From Takakia lepidozioides (taxonomy: Eukaryota; Plantae; Bryophyta), in the NCBI GenBank assembly GCA_030704615.1, contig CM060734.1, forward strand, positions 3,038,001 to 3,102,000: a stretch of 64,000 bases of DNA. Direction: 5' to 3'. Below the pieces are notes generated by a model. That model ran no database searches. It saw only the letters and a program-made list of their open reading frames with translations, and had not been told where the DNA came from. This document shows positions 11,165 through 21,629 of this stretch, piece after piece (positions within the stretch are counted from its first letter, which is position 1; each line of letters opens with the position of its first letter). The position numbers were made by a program, and so were the translations under genes.

Positions 11165-13078
11165 TTGAGTGTCAACACGGAGGTGCCACTAGTTGCTGGG
11201 GACAGTGCCGGTTCGAGCACTAGCGATACTAGTGGGTACACGAGACGAGGTGTGCGGTTTAGGCCACCTTCACCTCCTGTGTCTTCCACGGAAGTTTCTG
11301 ATTCGGATTGTGAATCAGGAGGGCTCATACCGGCGGTGCAAGTCGTTTCTTTGCCATTGTTGTGGGACACAATGGAGGAGATGTATGGAGCTACCAAGGG
11401 GCCACGAAGGTACTCTGGGGCGGTGGGCACCATCGAGTTGGATGATTTTATCCAAGAGTTTGATAGTTGGTGTGATTTGCAGCAAATGCGCAATCCACAA
11501 CTATTTACGCCTTTCATGGCATGGAAGGGGCTGTTTCAGCACCTTGAGGGGCCGCCTATGGATGATTACCATGAGTTCAGGCGGGGGCATGAGGTTGAGA
11601 TCGAGGAGTGGAGGATGTACTGGTCACCCGACTATGTCTCCATCACTAGGGGCACTAGAGCCACGAGGGCAGTGGCTACACCTGCCGCTGCACCGGCAGC
11701 TTCAGCAAGTAGCAGTGGGACTGGTGGTACAGTAGCTACGACATCCACCCAAGCCACTACCGCACCAGCACTAGCACCCGTGCCTGCCTTCAACCCTGTT
11801 GTGGAGTTCTTCGAAGAGTTGAGAGGGAACTACCAAGGGGTGAGGACAGAGAAGTTGCGGAGCTTGCAAGAGTTCCAACGGAAGCCGACCGAGAGCTTGA
11901 GGGAGGCTTTCACTCGCATGAGGCGCTTGATAAATGTAACCCAAGGGGTTACGGAAGCTCAGGCAGTCCAATTCTGGTATGGGATATTGGACAAGGAGCT
12001 GAGGAGAAGGGTGCGGGATGCAACTCTCCTACAAGCGGCCCAACCCACCTTAGCAAATGTGTTTTTGCTGGCAGAGCGGATAGAGCTCAACATGGTGGAG
12101 GAACGAGTGGTCATGGTGGGATTTGCTAAGGAGACACCACGGGGTAGTGGTGCTCCTAGCCAACCACTACCTCAACGTGCTCAAGGCAACAAGGGGGCTC
12201 AGGTGAAGCTCAGGGAAGGGCAGAGAGGACCTCAGATGCAGGGGTCTCTCCCTTCATTTGCTGGCCAACAACGGGCGGATGTGGTGTGCTGGACATGTGG
12301 AGGACCCCATGTCAAGAAGGATTGTCCAGAGGGAGGCAAAGGGCCGGCACATGCACAGCCTGCACAGTTACAGTGTGGGCATTGTGGCAAACACGGGCAT
12401 GGAGAGGCTCAGTGTTATGGTTTGCATCCTGAGTTGCGCCCAGGCCAGTTCCAAGGGAACAATGGTGGCCGGGGGCGAGGTGGAGCAGCCCAGAGGGGAC
12501 GAGGTGGCCAGCCACGAGGTGCAGGCCAAGGGCAAGCTCAACGTGGCCAAGGACGCGGAGGTCAGGGTGTTGACCAAGGCATGGCCAACCGGCTTCAGCA
12601 GCTAGAGCAGAGGCTCGCTGCCATGGCTACAGCTCAGGTGGTACCGGCTCTAAGGCCGGATGGTCCACCTCCTGCTCCTGAGGGAGGAGATATGGGAGGC
12701 ATGGGATTCATGTGTGGAGCAGCACTACCACTAGTGCAGGTGGAGTCTGCTGCAGCCGTGACTCGAGGAGCAGCACGAGTTCCTGAGCCACGAGGTGCAG
12801 AGGTGGAGTTGGATCCACAGCGTGGGGAGGCAAGCCGTCAGGCTAGGCTTCCTCAGTCATTCACATTGGCGGAGACAGTGTCGACGCCATCCATGGCACC
12901 TAGTTCTCGCCCGACTGTTACCGAGGCGGAGGTTACTATGCCATTGGGGAGAGCTACACGGGTAGCACCACTACCTAGTGTTGCCAAGGCTACGGCAGCT
13001 AGTGTGCTGCTAGGAGCGGCCACATCTGTGTGCCAGGCTCCATTGTTCTCGGCTACCATGATTGCGACGCCGGGGTAA
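11165..13078 (+). CDS. gag: Gag: capsid-like region, two zinc knuckles, RGG-rich region
   Basis: LRSLQEFQRKPTESLREAFTRMRRL; CWTCGGPHVKKDC and CGHCGKHGHGEAQC; start codon uncertain. Confidence 0.85.
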   Translation: MSVNTEVPLVAGDSAGSSTSDTSGYTRRGVRFRPPSPPVSSTEVSDSDCESGGLIPAVQVVSLPLLWDTMEEMYGATKGPRRYSGAVGTIELDDFIQEFDSWCDLQQMRNPQLFTPFMAWKGLFQHLEGPPMDDYHEFRRGHEVEIEEWRMYWSPDYVSITRGTRATRAVATPAAAPAASASSSGTGGTVATTSTQATTAPALAPVPAFNPVVEFFEELRGNYQGVRTEKLRSLQEFQRKPTESLREAFTRMRRLINVTQGVTEAQAVQFWYGILDKELRRRVRDATLLQAAQPTLANVFLLAERIELNMVEERVVMVGFAKETPRGSGAPSQPLPQRAQGNKGAQVKLREGQRGPQMQGSLPSFAGQQRADVVCWTCGGPHVKKDCPEGGKGPAHAQPAQLQCGHCGKHGHGEAQCYGLHPELRPGQFQGNNGGRGRGGAAQRGRGGQPRGAGQGQAQRGQGRGGQGVDQGMANRLQQLEQRLAAMATAQVVPALRPDGPPPAPEGGDMGGMGFMCGAALPLVQVESAAAVTRGAARVPEPRGAEVELDPQRGEASRQARLPQSFTLAETVSTPSMAPSSRPTVTEAEVTMPLGRATRVAPLPSVAKATAASVLLGAATSVCQAPLFSATMIATPG

Positions 13079-14030
13079 GACCAGCTGAGGTGTTCAGGCT
13101 GGCAGCTACACTCTGTGAGAGTGGGGAGGTTACTTCATCTTCTGCGGAGATAGTGGGAGGTGTAGTGCCGGAGGGATCCTCGGATTTGAGGGTCAAGACT
13201 GCCACGGCGGCGCCATGGCAAGCTGCAGCTGCCAGGTTGATGGAGCTGCCAGCTAGGCCAGCCATTGAGCGCGCCATGGTGACACCTGGAGTTGTCATGT
13301 TAGACAACCAGGATGGCATTTTCTGTTTGAGTGGACCGGCAGGCAAGAGGTACCGGCCACTGCGAGTCTTGTTGGACTCGGGAGCTCAGCCACTGATGCT
13401 GGGCAGAGCTGCTATTGCAGGCTTGGGCCTCACGGAGGCGGATATGGAGCCTTGTCCTTTCCAGATACAGACGTCTCTGGGAGGATCGGAGCAGGCTCGG
13501 GGCATGACACGGCATGAGTTGGCTATCAGACTACGGCCGGATCACCCTACAGATGGCTCAGTGATGCGAGCCAAGGCCATTGTGACAGACGCAGTCTCAT
13601 ACGATGTCCTGGTTGGTGGGGCAGTGTTGTACCCCATGGGCTTCACCCTGGATTTTTGGGAGGAGTCAGCTTCCTATAGGCCTGCATGGCAGTCAGGGGA
13701 GGGCCGGCGTGTGCAGCTCCCTGTGACGTTCATAGGAGGAGTTGCGGTTGCCCAGCGAGGCAAGATGCCGACACTAGCAGCATTCACAGCGGCAGTGAGT
13801 TGGCCTAGAGAGTTGCTTGAGGGCAATGCTCATTCAGAGGATGTACCACCTCCGGGAGAGCAGGATGACATGTATGGTATGGCGGAGTTGCCTACCATGG
13901 TTGCTCAGACTCCATTGTGGGGCACGAGCAAGGATTTGCAGCGGGATGCTGATCGACGGGTGCAACAAGCCTGGGTGGAGGCTTTTGTACCGTCAGGAGA
14001 GGAGGAGAGTGTGGGATTGCACCAGGACCA
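13060..14030 (+). CDS. Aspartic protease region of pol (-1 frame relative to gag)
   Basis: VLLDSGAQPL active site; downstream YDVLVGGAVL motif. Confidence 0.85.
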
Positions 14031-14036
14031 CCTCAA

Positions 14037-15335
14037 TTGTCTCCATTGGACACCACACCTATTGTGTGGCAGTCTCCGGATGAAGGCATTTGTCTTCTGG
14101 ACTTGTTTGGCGGGATCAGCACCGGATTGGCTGCTGTGTTACAGGCAGGTGTACGAGTTCGGCGTTACCTGTATGTGGAGAGGGATGAGACTGCACGACG
14201 CGTTTCACTTCGCCATGTTGCTCAGTTGGTGCAGCGGTACCCTGAGTTGTTGTCGGTGTCTGCAATTCGTGGATATCAGCAGGCCTTGCCAGCAGACATT
14301 TCGTTGCTGGGGGCGCAGGATTTGGAGCGGGTTGGCTCCATTGATCTGGTAGTGGCAGGTTGGCCCTGCCAAGGGCATTCATCAGCCGGGCATGGCAATG
14401 GATTGCGAGACTCGAGGTCGGGTCTGTTTTGGGAGATGGTGCGGGTTTTGCGCCACTTGCAGCTTCATCAAGCTGTATCTCCAGCATACATCTTGGAGAA
14501 TGTGCCACTGATGGGCGATTCTCGGGCCAGGGTGATGGCCAGTGTGCATCAAGTCCGGTCGTGGCTTGGGTCAGCAGTGTTGCTAGATGCAGCTACAGTG
14601 GGGTCACGGGCTCATCGTCCACGGCTATGGTGGACTAACATGATGCCACCCGCACTGCTCAAGCGTGCATTTGATGGGGTGCAGCGGCCAGCACATCTCA
14701 CAGTGGATAACATTCTGGACACAGGGAGGCAGTCTCAACGTGTGAGACACGATGACCGTTCGCCTTTGGCAGTGGTCAACAAGGTGGGTCAACCACGAGC
14801 AGCATTACCTACACTGCTCAGCTTCCCAGGATCGCATGCTTTCCGGGATAGTGGACCTGGCCTCCTGTGGGATGCTCAGTTGCAGCAGTTAGTGGAGCCT
14901 AATGCTGACGAGCGTGAGCGGGCAATGGGTTTTACCACTGGTACCACGGCGGTGTCGTCTCTTTCTGAGGCATCACGTCGTCAAGTGTTGGGGCAAGCAA
15001 TGGATCTCAATTGCTTGACCTGGATTATCAGCTTGGCTCTAGCTGAGCAACGCAGAGTGCGGAATACACTTCCCTCAATGGTCTCTCTGCCTACCGAGAC
15101 GGTACAGGCAGTGAGTGGGGGCGAGCATATGAGGACCACGGGGTGCATGCATCCATGGCACACGTGGGAGGTGCTCGAGGTTCAGAGGGAGTTGGCAGCC
15201 AAGGCGGCTGTGATGGATGAGGTTGGGGATTCTTCTCGAGTTGAGGAGGTCCTCAAGGATGAGATGATGGGGCAGGATGATGCCTTGTCATTGACTGAGC
15301 AGGTAGGGAGTACTGCTCAAGAGGTTGCAGCATAG
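14037..15335 (+). CDS. C5-cytosine DNA methyltransferase domain (Dnmt3-like motif order) within pol
   Basis: Motif I DLFGGISTG, II YVERD, IV GWPCQGHS (catalytic PC), V GLFWE, VI LENVP, VIII HRPRLWW, IX ERERAMGF, X RRQVLGQAM. Confidence 0.92.
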   Translation: MSPLDTTPIVWQSPDEGICLLDLFGGISTGLAAVLQAGVRVRRYLYVERDETARRVSLRHVAQLVQRYPELLSVSAIRGYQQALPADISLLGAQDLERVGSIDLVVAGWPCQGHSSAGHGNGLRDSRSGLFWEMVRVLRHLQLHQAVSPAYILENVPLMGDSRARVMASVHQVRSWLGSAVLLDAATVGSRAHRPRLWWTNMMPPALLKRAFDGVQRPAHLTVDNILDTGRQSQRVRHDDRSPLAVVNKVGQPRAALPTLLSFPGSHAFRDSGPGLLWDAQLQQLVEPNADERERAMGFTTGTTAVSSLSEASRRQVLGQAMDLNCLTWIISLALAEQRRVRNTLPSMVSLPTETVQAVSGGEHMRTTGCMHPWHTWEVLEVQRELAAKAAVMDEVGDSSRVEEVLKDEMMGQDDALSLTEQVGSTAQEVAA

Positions 15336-16730
15336 CAACCACGGGACGCGTCCTCTACCTCTAAGCCCACTGGACTTAAGGTTGTAGTTACGGAGGACAA
15401 TTGGGAGCCTGACATTGGACCCATTGTCACCGGAGGAGAGAGACGACGTATACGGCGGTTCCTGAGGGCTTACAGGAATTGCTTTGCCTTCAGTTTGAAG
15501 GACTTGGGAGCACTGAAGGGTCAAGAGATCCGTATTGAGTTGGCCACTGACACGCCAATCTTTCGGAGACCCTATAGATACAGTGACATGGAGAGGTCTT
15601 TGATTCAGATGAGGACTCAAGATCTCTGGGAGGCAGGTTTGGTGGAGCTCTCTGGTGGAGAGTATGCTTCAGCCACAGTGATGCCAGCCAAGAAGGATGT
15701 CTATGGCAATTGGACGGAGAGACGTATGTGCGGTGATTACCGGCCTGTAAATCGTCAGACCAAGTCCGATAAGTATGCCATGCCAACACCAGAGGAGATC
15801 TTTGATGCCATCGGGCATGCTAAGGCCTTTAGCACTTTGGATTTACGATCCGGATATCACCAGTTGCCAATCAAGGAGGCGGACAAGCAGAAGACGGCAT
15901 TCTGGGGGATCAATGAGCACGGCAAGGATTGCCTATATCAGTGGCGGTTCTTACCATTTGGGCTTAAGAATGCTCCTGCAGAGTTTCAGAGAGTCATGGA
16001 TAGGATTCTAGCAGGGGTGGACTTTGCTCGGTGCTACATAGATGACATCATCATCTTTAGTGTTACGATGGAGGAGCATGAGAGACACCTTCAGGTGGTA
16101 TTGGAGCGCTTGAGAGCGCACGGATTGAAGTTGCATCCGGGGAAGTGCAAGTTTTTCCACAACCAGATTGAGTATCTGGGTCACATGATATATCCTGGAG
16201 GATTGGGGGTACAGCAGACTAAGGTAGAGGCCATTGCACAAATTCCACGCCCCACGGATGTGAGCCGAGTTCGAGCTTTCATGGGGTTGGCAAACTATTA
16301 TAGACGGTTTGTCAAGGGATTTAGTACCATTGCAAAGGCTCTAACCAAGCTGACCAAGGTGGACCAGGAGTGGCAGTGGGAAGATGAGCAGGAACGAGCT
16401 TTTCAAGAGCTCAAGGCGAGGTTGACCTCGGCGCCTATCTTGAGACGACCTATCAGGGGGCGTCCCTTTCAGCTGCATACGGATTGGAGCATGCTGGGGC
16501 TTGGAGCGGTGCTCACACAGGTGGATGATGAGGGAAGAGAGTTCGTAGTGGCTTACGCTAGCCGCTCGAACAACGCTGCAGAGGCTAAGTACAGCTCATA
16601 TGAGGGAGAGTGCTTAGCTGCAGTGTGGGCCGTGGCACACTTCAGGTGCTATCTATACGGCAATCTTTTCACCCTTGTCACGGATCACCAGCCACTCAAG
16701 TGGTTGATGGAGTCAGACAAGCTTACGGGA
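15336..16730 (+). CDS. Reverse transcriptase and RNase H, in frame with the DNMT beyond one TAG
   Basis: RMCGDYRPVN, LDLRSGYHQL, PFGLKNAPAEFQ, YIDD; RNase H TDWS...ECLAAVWAV...TDHQPL. Confidence 0.95.
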
Positions 16731-18469
16731 AGCTTGCACGGTGGGCACTTATACTCCAGGAGTATGACTTTCAGGTTGTGCATCGACCGGGTTTGGTCAA
16801 TCGGGATGCGGATGGATTGAGTCGCAATCCATGCATGAGCCAGCAGGATGACACTGGAGCTCGGTGGCATGGTGAGACGGACGAGGAGATGGTGCCGGGA
16901 TGGCACGCATCTGCATTTTTGTGTATCTTGGCATCGGGAGGTCAGATTGGACCTACAACAGGGATGACTGTAGACGGAGTGTCTGAGGACCCTGAGGCTA
17001 GTGATGAGCTAGGTGGTGCCAGAGATATACATGAGGATTCGGCTGTGTTGGACTACCTCCGCACGGGAGACACGGCAGCCATTGTGACTGCCAGGGAGAG
17101 GGATCGGATCCTGCAACGAGCCAAGAGGTTCAAGTGGGAGGGGATACACCTACTTCGAGTGTGGGAGGATGGTCGGGTGAGGATTGTGCCTCACCCCACA
17201 CAGCGTGCACGGTTAGTGCGGCATGCCCATGAGGAGTTGGGGCATTTTGGAGTGCGACGCACTCACAGTTTACTGCAGGGGCAGTATTGGTGGCGTGGTA
17301 TGCATACAGAGGTGCAACAGTTTGTGGCTAGGTGCATGGTGTGTGACAGGGTGCGTGCTTCATTCAACGCCCCTACACCACAGTTGCATCCTTTACCTAT
17401 CATGGGATTGGGCTACAGGTGGAGTCTTGACTTCGCAGGACCGTTGCCACTGACTATGCGCCACCACAGATATGTGTTGGTGATGGTGGAGCACTTCTCC
17501 AAGTGGATTGAGTTGGTTCCATTGCCTGACAAGGCTAGTGAGGGGGCTGCGTATGCATTCTTGGATCGTGTGCTTAGCCGATTTGGTGCTCCAGCTGAGG
17601 TACTCACGGACCAAGGGAGAGAGTTCTTGGGGGAGTTTCAGGCTTTGTGTGATAAAGCCTTGATAGACCACCGCACCACTTCTCGGGATCATCCTGAGGC
17701 CGATGGCTTAGCAGAGAGAGTTGTTCAGACGGTGAAGAGGGGTTTGCGCAAGTATGGCTTGCAGAAGGGACACCTAGGAGATTGGGATCTTCAGGTTCCT
17801 TGGTTAGCCATGGGCTACAGGTTCAGCAAACAAGCATCACTTGCCTCCTTCTCACCATATTTCCTTCTCTTTGGCCGAGAGCCGGATTTGCCTGCAGCCA
17901 TTCGTAGGGACACTGCTCAAGTCCTTAACCTTGACGATCCGGACGTGTGGGTACGTGCATGTGATCAGCGTGCAGAGTTGTTCAAGAAAGTCATGCCCAT
18001 GGCTTTTGAGAACCTTGCCATTGCACAGCACCGTGATACGTTGAGGTATGCCACTATACGTGGTGGAGGATATCGTCCTGGGGTTCGGAGGTTTAGCCCT
18101 GGTGACTATGTTTATTTGCAGCAGACTGCTCCTACGACTCTGGATGTTACTGCAGGGCGTGTTATTCTGAGGGTTCGAGAGGTGTTGCCCTCAGGGGTCC
18201 TGATCTTAGAAGGTCGGGATGGCATGACTTGGAAAGACCATGTGCGTAATTGTGCGCCATGTCACCTTCCCAATGTCGATGGCAGAGTTGACCCAAACTT
18301 GGCAGTGGTACCTGCAGGTTTGAGGTGCATGCTCTGTGGGTCTGCCAAAGGGGCAGCCACCATGCTGGTGTGTGATCGGTGCTCAAGGGGTTGGCATATG
18401 GGATGCTTGACACCACCTCTTGAGAAGGTTCCTGACGGAGATTGGTTGTGTCCACACTGCTTGGGATAG
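16730..18469 (+). CDS. DDE integrase with C-terminal PHD finger, after a -1 frameshift at ~16728
   Basis: HHCC (HEELGHFG...CMVC); SLDFAG, TDQG, AERVV triad; C4HC3 CMLC...CDRCSRGWHMGC...WLCPHC. Confidence 0.93.
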   Translation, partial: KLARWALILQEYDFQVVHRPGLVNRDADGLSRNPCMSQQDDTGARWHGETDEEMVPGWHASAFLCILASGGQIGPTTGMTVDGVSEDPEASDELGGARDIHEDSAVLDYLRTGDTAAIVTARERDRILQRAKRFKWEGIHLLRVWEDGRVRIVPHPTQRARLVRHAHEELGHFGVRRTHSLLQGQYWWRGMHTEVQQFVARCMVCDRVRASFNAPTPQLHPLPIMGLGYRWSLDFAGPLPLTMRHHRYVLVMVEHFSKWIELVPLPDKASEGAAYAFLDRVLSRFGAPAEVLTDQGREFLGEFQALCDKALIDHRTTSRDHPEADGLAERVVQTVKRGLRKYGLQKGHLGDWDLQVPWLAMGYRFSKQASLASFSPYFLLFGREPDLPAAIRRDTAQVLNLDDPDVWVRACDQRAELFKKVMPMAFENLAIAQHRDTLRYATIRGGGYRPGVRRFSPGDYVYLQQTAPTTLDVTAGRVILRVREVLPSGVLILEGRDGMTWKDHVRNCAPCHLPNVDGRVDPNLAVVPAGLRCMLCGSAKGAATMLVCDRCSRGWHMGCLTPPLEKVPDGDWLCPHCLG

Positions 18470-18718
18470 TGGCAGTGGACATGACTGGAGGCAGCTAACA
18501 AGACATGGGAGGCCAAGCTCATAGGAGTCAATACATGAGATCCCAAGCTCAAGTTCACAGGTTGCAAGACGGCGACTAACGATGGGGCAACTCTTGCACC
18601 CGGCCTCTTGATCTATCGAGTTTGAGTGTAGTAGGGATAGTGGTGGAGGACTTAGTGAGGCTATGGTCACTATCACATCTTGTGGCTACCTGGACTTAGA
18701 GGGACCTAAGCACCAGCT

Positions 18719-18728
18719 AGGGGGGCGA
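18719..18728 (+). promoter_or_regulatory. Polypurine tract before repeat B1
   Basis: aggggggcga immediately before ttgtgtggactag. Confidence 0.75.
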
Positions 18729-18917
18729 TTGTGTGGACTAGTGACTGCCATAGTGGGCAGCGTAGTGGCAGCCTAGTGACTGACTAGTTGTAGCCTAGTG
18801 GTTGGACTAGTGGCTGGACTAGTGGTAGACTAGTGGTATACTAGTGTGTGGTGTGCACATGTGTTGTGTGGTTTTGGACAGCGATGTAGTTGTGTAGCGA
18901 TATGTATGCGCACGACA
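18729..18917 (+). repeat. Terminal repeat B1 (189 bp, CTAGTG-rich, U3-like)
   Basis: Same as 19247-19435 apart from 1 substitution seen. Confidence 0.95.
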
Positions 18918-18919
18918 GC

Positions 18920-19246
18920 TGTCAAGTTATTTTACCACTAGTGTGAAACTAGCTAGGAAATAGCTAGCTTTTACATATTGACATTTGGGATTGGCCCAAG
19001 TGTCAATCCAGGGGTCAAGGCAGATTTAGGCCCTGGAGTGGTTATCTTCACGGCAAGCGCGGGAGGCTCATCTTTCTCGAGTTGAGCCTCACCGCGCCTA
19101 GCTATGGCGCCGTAGTGTGGATTCCCCATGGCGTGGGGTGCACTTGGCTTGACTTGTATTTGAGTGATGAGGTTATATATGCATGAGTTTATGCTTCAGC
19201 TTTGTGAGCTCGCATGAGCTTGTGCTTGTATTCTTCTTCTTTATCA
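18920..19246 (+). repeat. Terminal repeat A2 (327 bp)
   Basis: Copy of 7578-7904. Confidence 0.95.
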
Positions 19247-19435
19247 TTGTGTGGACTAGTGACTGCCATAGTGGGCAGCGTAGTGGCAGCCTAGTGACTG
19301 ACTAGTTGTAGCCTAGTGGTTGGACTAGTGGCTGGACTACTGGTAGACTAGTGGTATACTAGTGTGTGGTGTGCACATGTGTTGTGTGGTTTTGGACAGC
19401 GATGTAGTTGTGTAGCGATATGTATGCGCACGACA
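19247..19435 (+). repeat. Terminal repeat B2 (189 bp)
   Basis: Copy of 18729-18917, ends GACA, followed by ACCC. Confidence 0.95.
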
Positions 19436-20339
19436 ACCCAAAGAGTATGCCACTGATGCTGATTGACCACCAGTCATGATCATGATACACATTCAGAGGT
19501 CTGGGTGGGATGACGGGTACTTGGCCATATTTTGGCCTTGATGTGTTGCAGGTCAAATGGTCATACAAATTTACTGTCCGCAAGCTGTAATCCAAGCATA
19601 CTTACACAAACCCCATGGGTGTCATGGAGGGTTTTTTTTTTCCAGAACAAAAAGAACAAGAAGAACACTTGGACATCACAGATTTAAATATCTTGCCCTC
19701 CAGTATTTGTTTAGACTGGTCTACAACACAGCTTGCCCCCACAGGGGAGGTGGATATGTCTGGTAAGTTTTCCAGAATACCCCTATATCTTTATTTCTTG
19801 CTACAGCTGAAAATCAAAGTTCGTGACCCAGCAAGGTAAAGATAAAGGACTGCATACACATCATGTGACAGTATATAATACTGTCAGTACATCCTATTCA
19901 CATCATTCCATATTTGACCATGTCATTACACCATGTCCAGGGGGTATTTCCACTTGACCACCCCGGCTGCCTCAAAAACCAGTTACCAGTTATATATTGC
20001 TGCCATATTTCATTGTCAGCCGAATATCCACAGGCAAAATCTTCACCATACCCTGGCCTAAGCATCTAGCTGACAAAGCCATCCGGGTTGGAACATAACA
20101 GGGGCCAACATGGGTACCCGAATAGCTGCAACAAACAGTTCCTTGCAGCCTCTCAAATTGTTTCCAACTACCATAAGGTAGGCAAAGCAAACTAGGGCCT
20201 GGAAAACAGATGTGTGTCTCTCACACAAGCCATCATAAACCCGGTTGTCACAACAAAGCAGAGGTCTTCCATTGGCTGGGCCGAAAATAGCCCATCGTAG
20301 AAAACATTACACTTGTTCTTCAAAAATAAAGGAAGGAAA

Positions 20340-21622
20340 GAGGTAGGATCAAGAAAAACCATAGAGTAGTTTAGTTTTTCAACATTTTAAGATGAGTCCC
20401 TGACAAGCGATTCCTTCCCCTGCTCTGCAATCCCACTTGGCATCCAGCAGCACCTAGACATCAAAATATTAAGTGGAAGCCCTCACCTGTGCCCGTCCCA
20501 AAAACAACCACAACGCATTGTGAGTTAGTGAGGATGCACGAGGTGAGTAGCAGGCTTCCACACTTGCTATCGAGGTCAAATAAACTTCAATCTAAGCGCA
20601 GAGAATGCCAAAGAAAGCAGGGAAGCAAAACAAACAGAAAAAGAACATTTTTTACTGTTTGGGGGAGAGTCGCCATCTCTCCACAAGCCTAACCGTGCAA
20701 GGAGAACTCCGCCAACACCACAACACTGCTACCTTAACCAAAACAAAGTCTTGCCAAGCACAAGAAAAAAGAGCTTGGTCTCAAAAAGTAGGGTTTATAA
20801 AGGGAGGGAGAGAGACTTCCTTGTTCTACCAAGACGCCGCCATTCATCAAAGATCCAGAGGAGGGCTCCTAGGGAAACGTCATAAGCATGCAGGTGGTAC
20901 CTCCGCCATCACTGCCGCGGTTCCCTTGTGCAGCAAAAAAACAGACAACAGAGAAAGTGAATCTTCCCTTATCTCTAAGCCACCGCCACCGCCATCGCCT
21001 TAAAGAGCCCACCTAGGCGGCGCTCACAGGAGCCATAAACACTCAAGGATTGGCAGCTCAAGGTATCTGCAGCATGAGCACCATCGTTCCTCCCAAGCCG
21101 CCATCGTGCGCGCTCTCGCAGCGCAAAAAGAAAGACATTAGGGTTGCGCAGGGTTTTCCCCTGTCTGGCCCGTCATTCATCATTCTCAGGATGAAAAACA
21201 TCCGCCAGCCTGTACGTCCGACGGACGTTGTCCGTTTCTCATTCGCGGAAGATGAAAGACATCGTGCGTTCATCTTGTCTTGAACTCGACGGATGCAGTC
21301 CGCTTTTCATCTAGGTTAGATGAAAAACATCAGGGGTTTTTTAAAAAAAAAACTTTTTTATACCTGTCTTGCCCCATATTTAGGTCTTGTCAGATGAAGT
21401 CATTTTTTCATCCAGGTTGGATTGAAAAAACTGACGGGAGTTTTGCAATCAGTATATTCCGGTTTGATGTTCGGGTGAAGCAAAAAACCTCACAGGTATT
21501 TAGTGAAGAAATGTTTCACTAGGAAAAAAATGTATTTTGGATGAAAAACATCCAAAATTCCCTGCAACCCAATTTTTCAATTTTTTCAAAAATGGAAGTC
21601 GGGACAACAATTCCATAAACCC
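20340..21622 (+). repeat. Repeat family X copy (probably a non-autonomous element)
   Basis: Inverted homolog of 2954-4085. Confidence 0.75.
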
Positions 21623-21629
21623 CACTTTC

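Larger units (their letters stand above)
7578..19435 (+). mobile_element. Full-length Ty3/gypsy retrotransposon with DNA methyltransferase and PHD finger, split terminal repeats A...B-A-B
   Basis: Ends TGTC...GACA; ACCC at 7574-7577 and 19436-19439; PR-RT-RH-IN domain order; repeat copies differ at only ~3 of 516 positions by eye. Confidence 0.95.

Noticed and set aside
14037-15335. Bacterial restriction-modification gene or contamination
   Set aside because: In frame with gypsy RT, inside TSD-flanked repeats, among spliced plant genes
18920-19435. Reading A+B as an ordinary 516-bp 3' LTR
   Set aside because: The 5' end has A followed directly by the PBS, and the PPT precedes B1 rather than A2
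7578-19435. DIRS/Ngaro tyrosine-recombinase element, suggested by split repeats plus a methyltransferase
   Set aside because: It encodes an aspartic protease and HHCC/DDE integrase, has a TSD, and shows no tyrosine recombinase motifs
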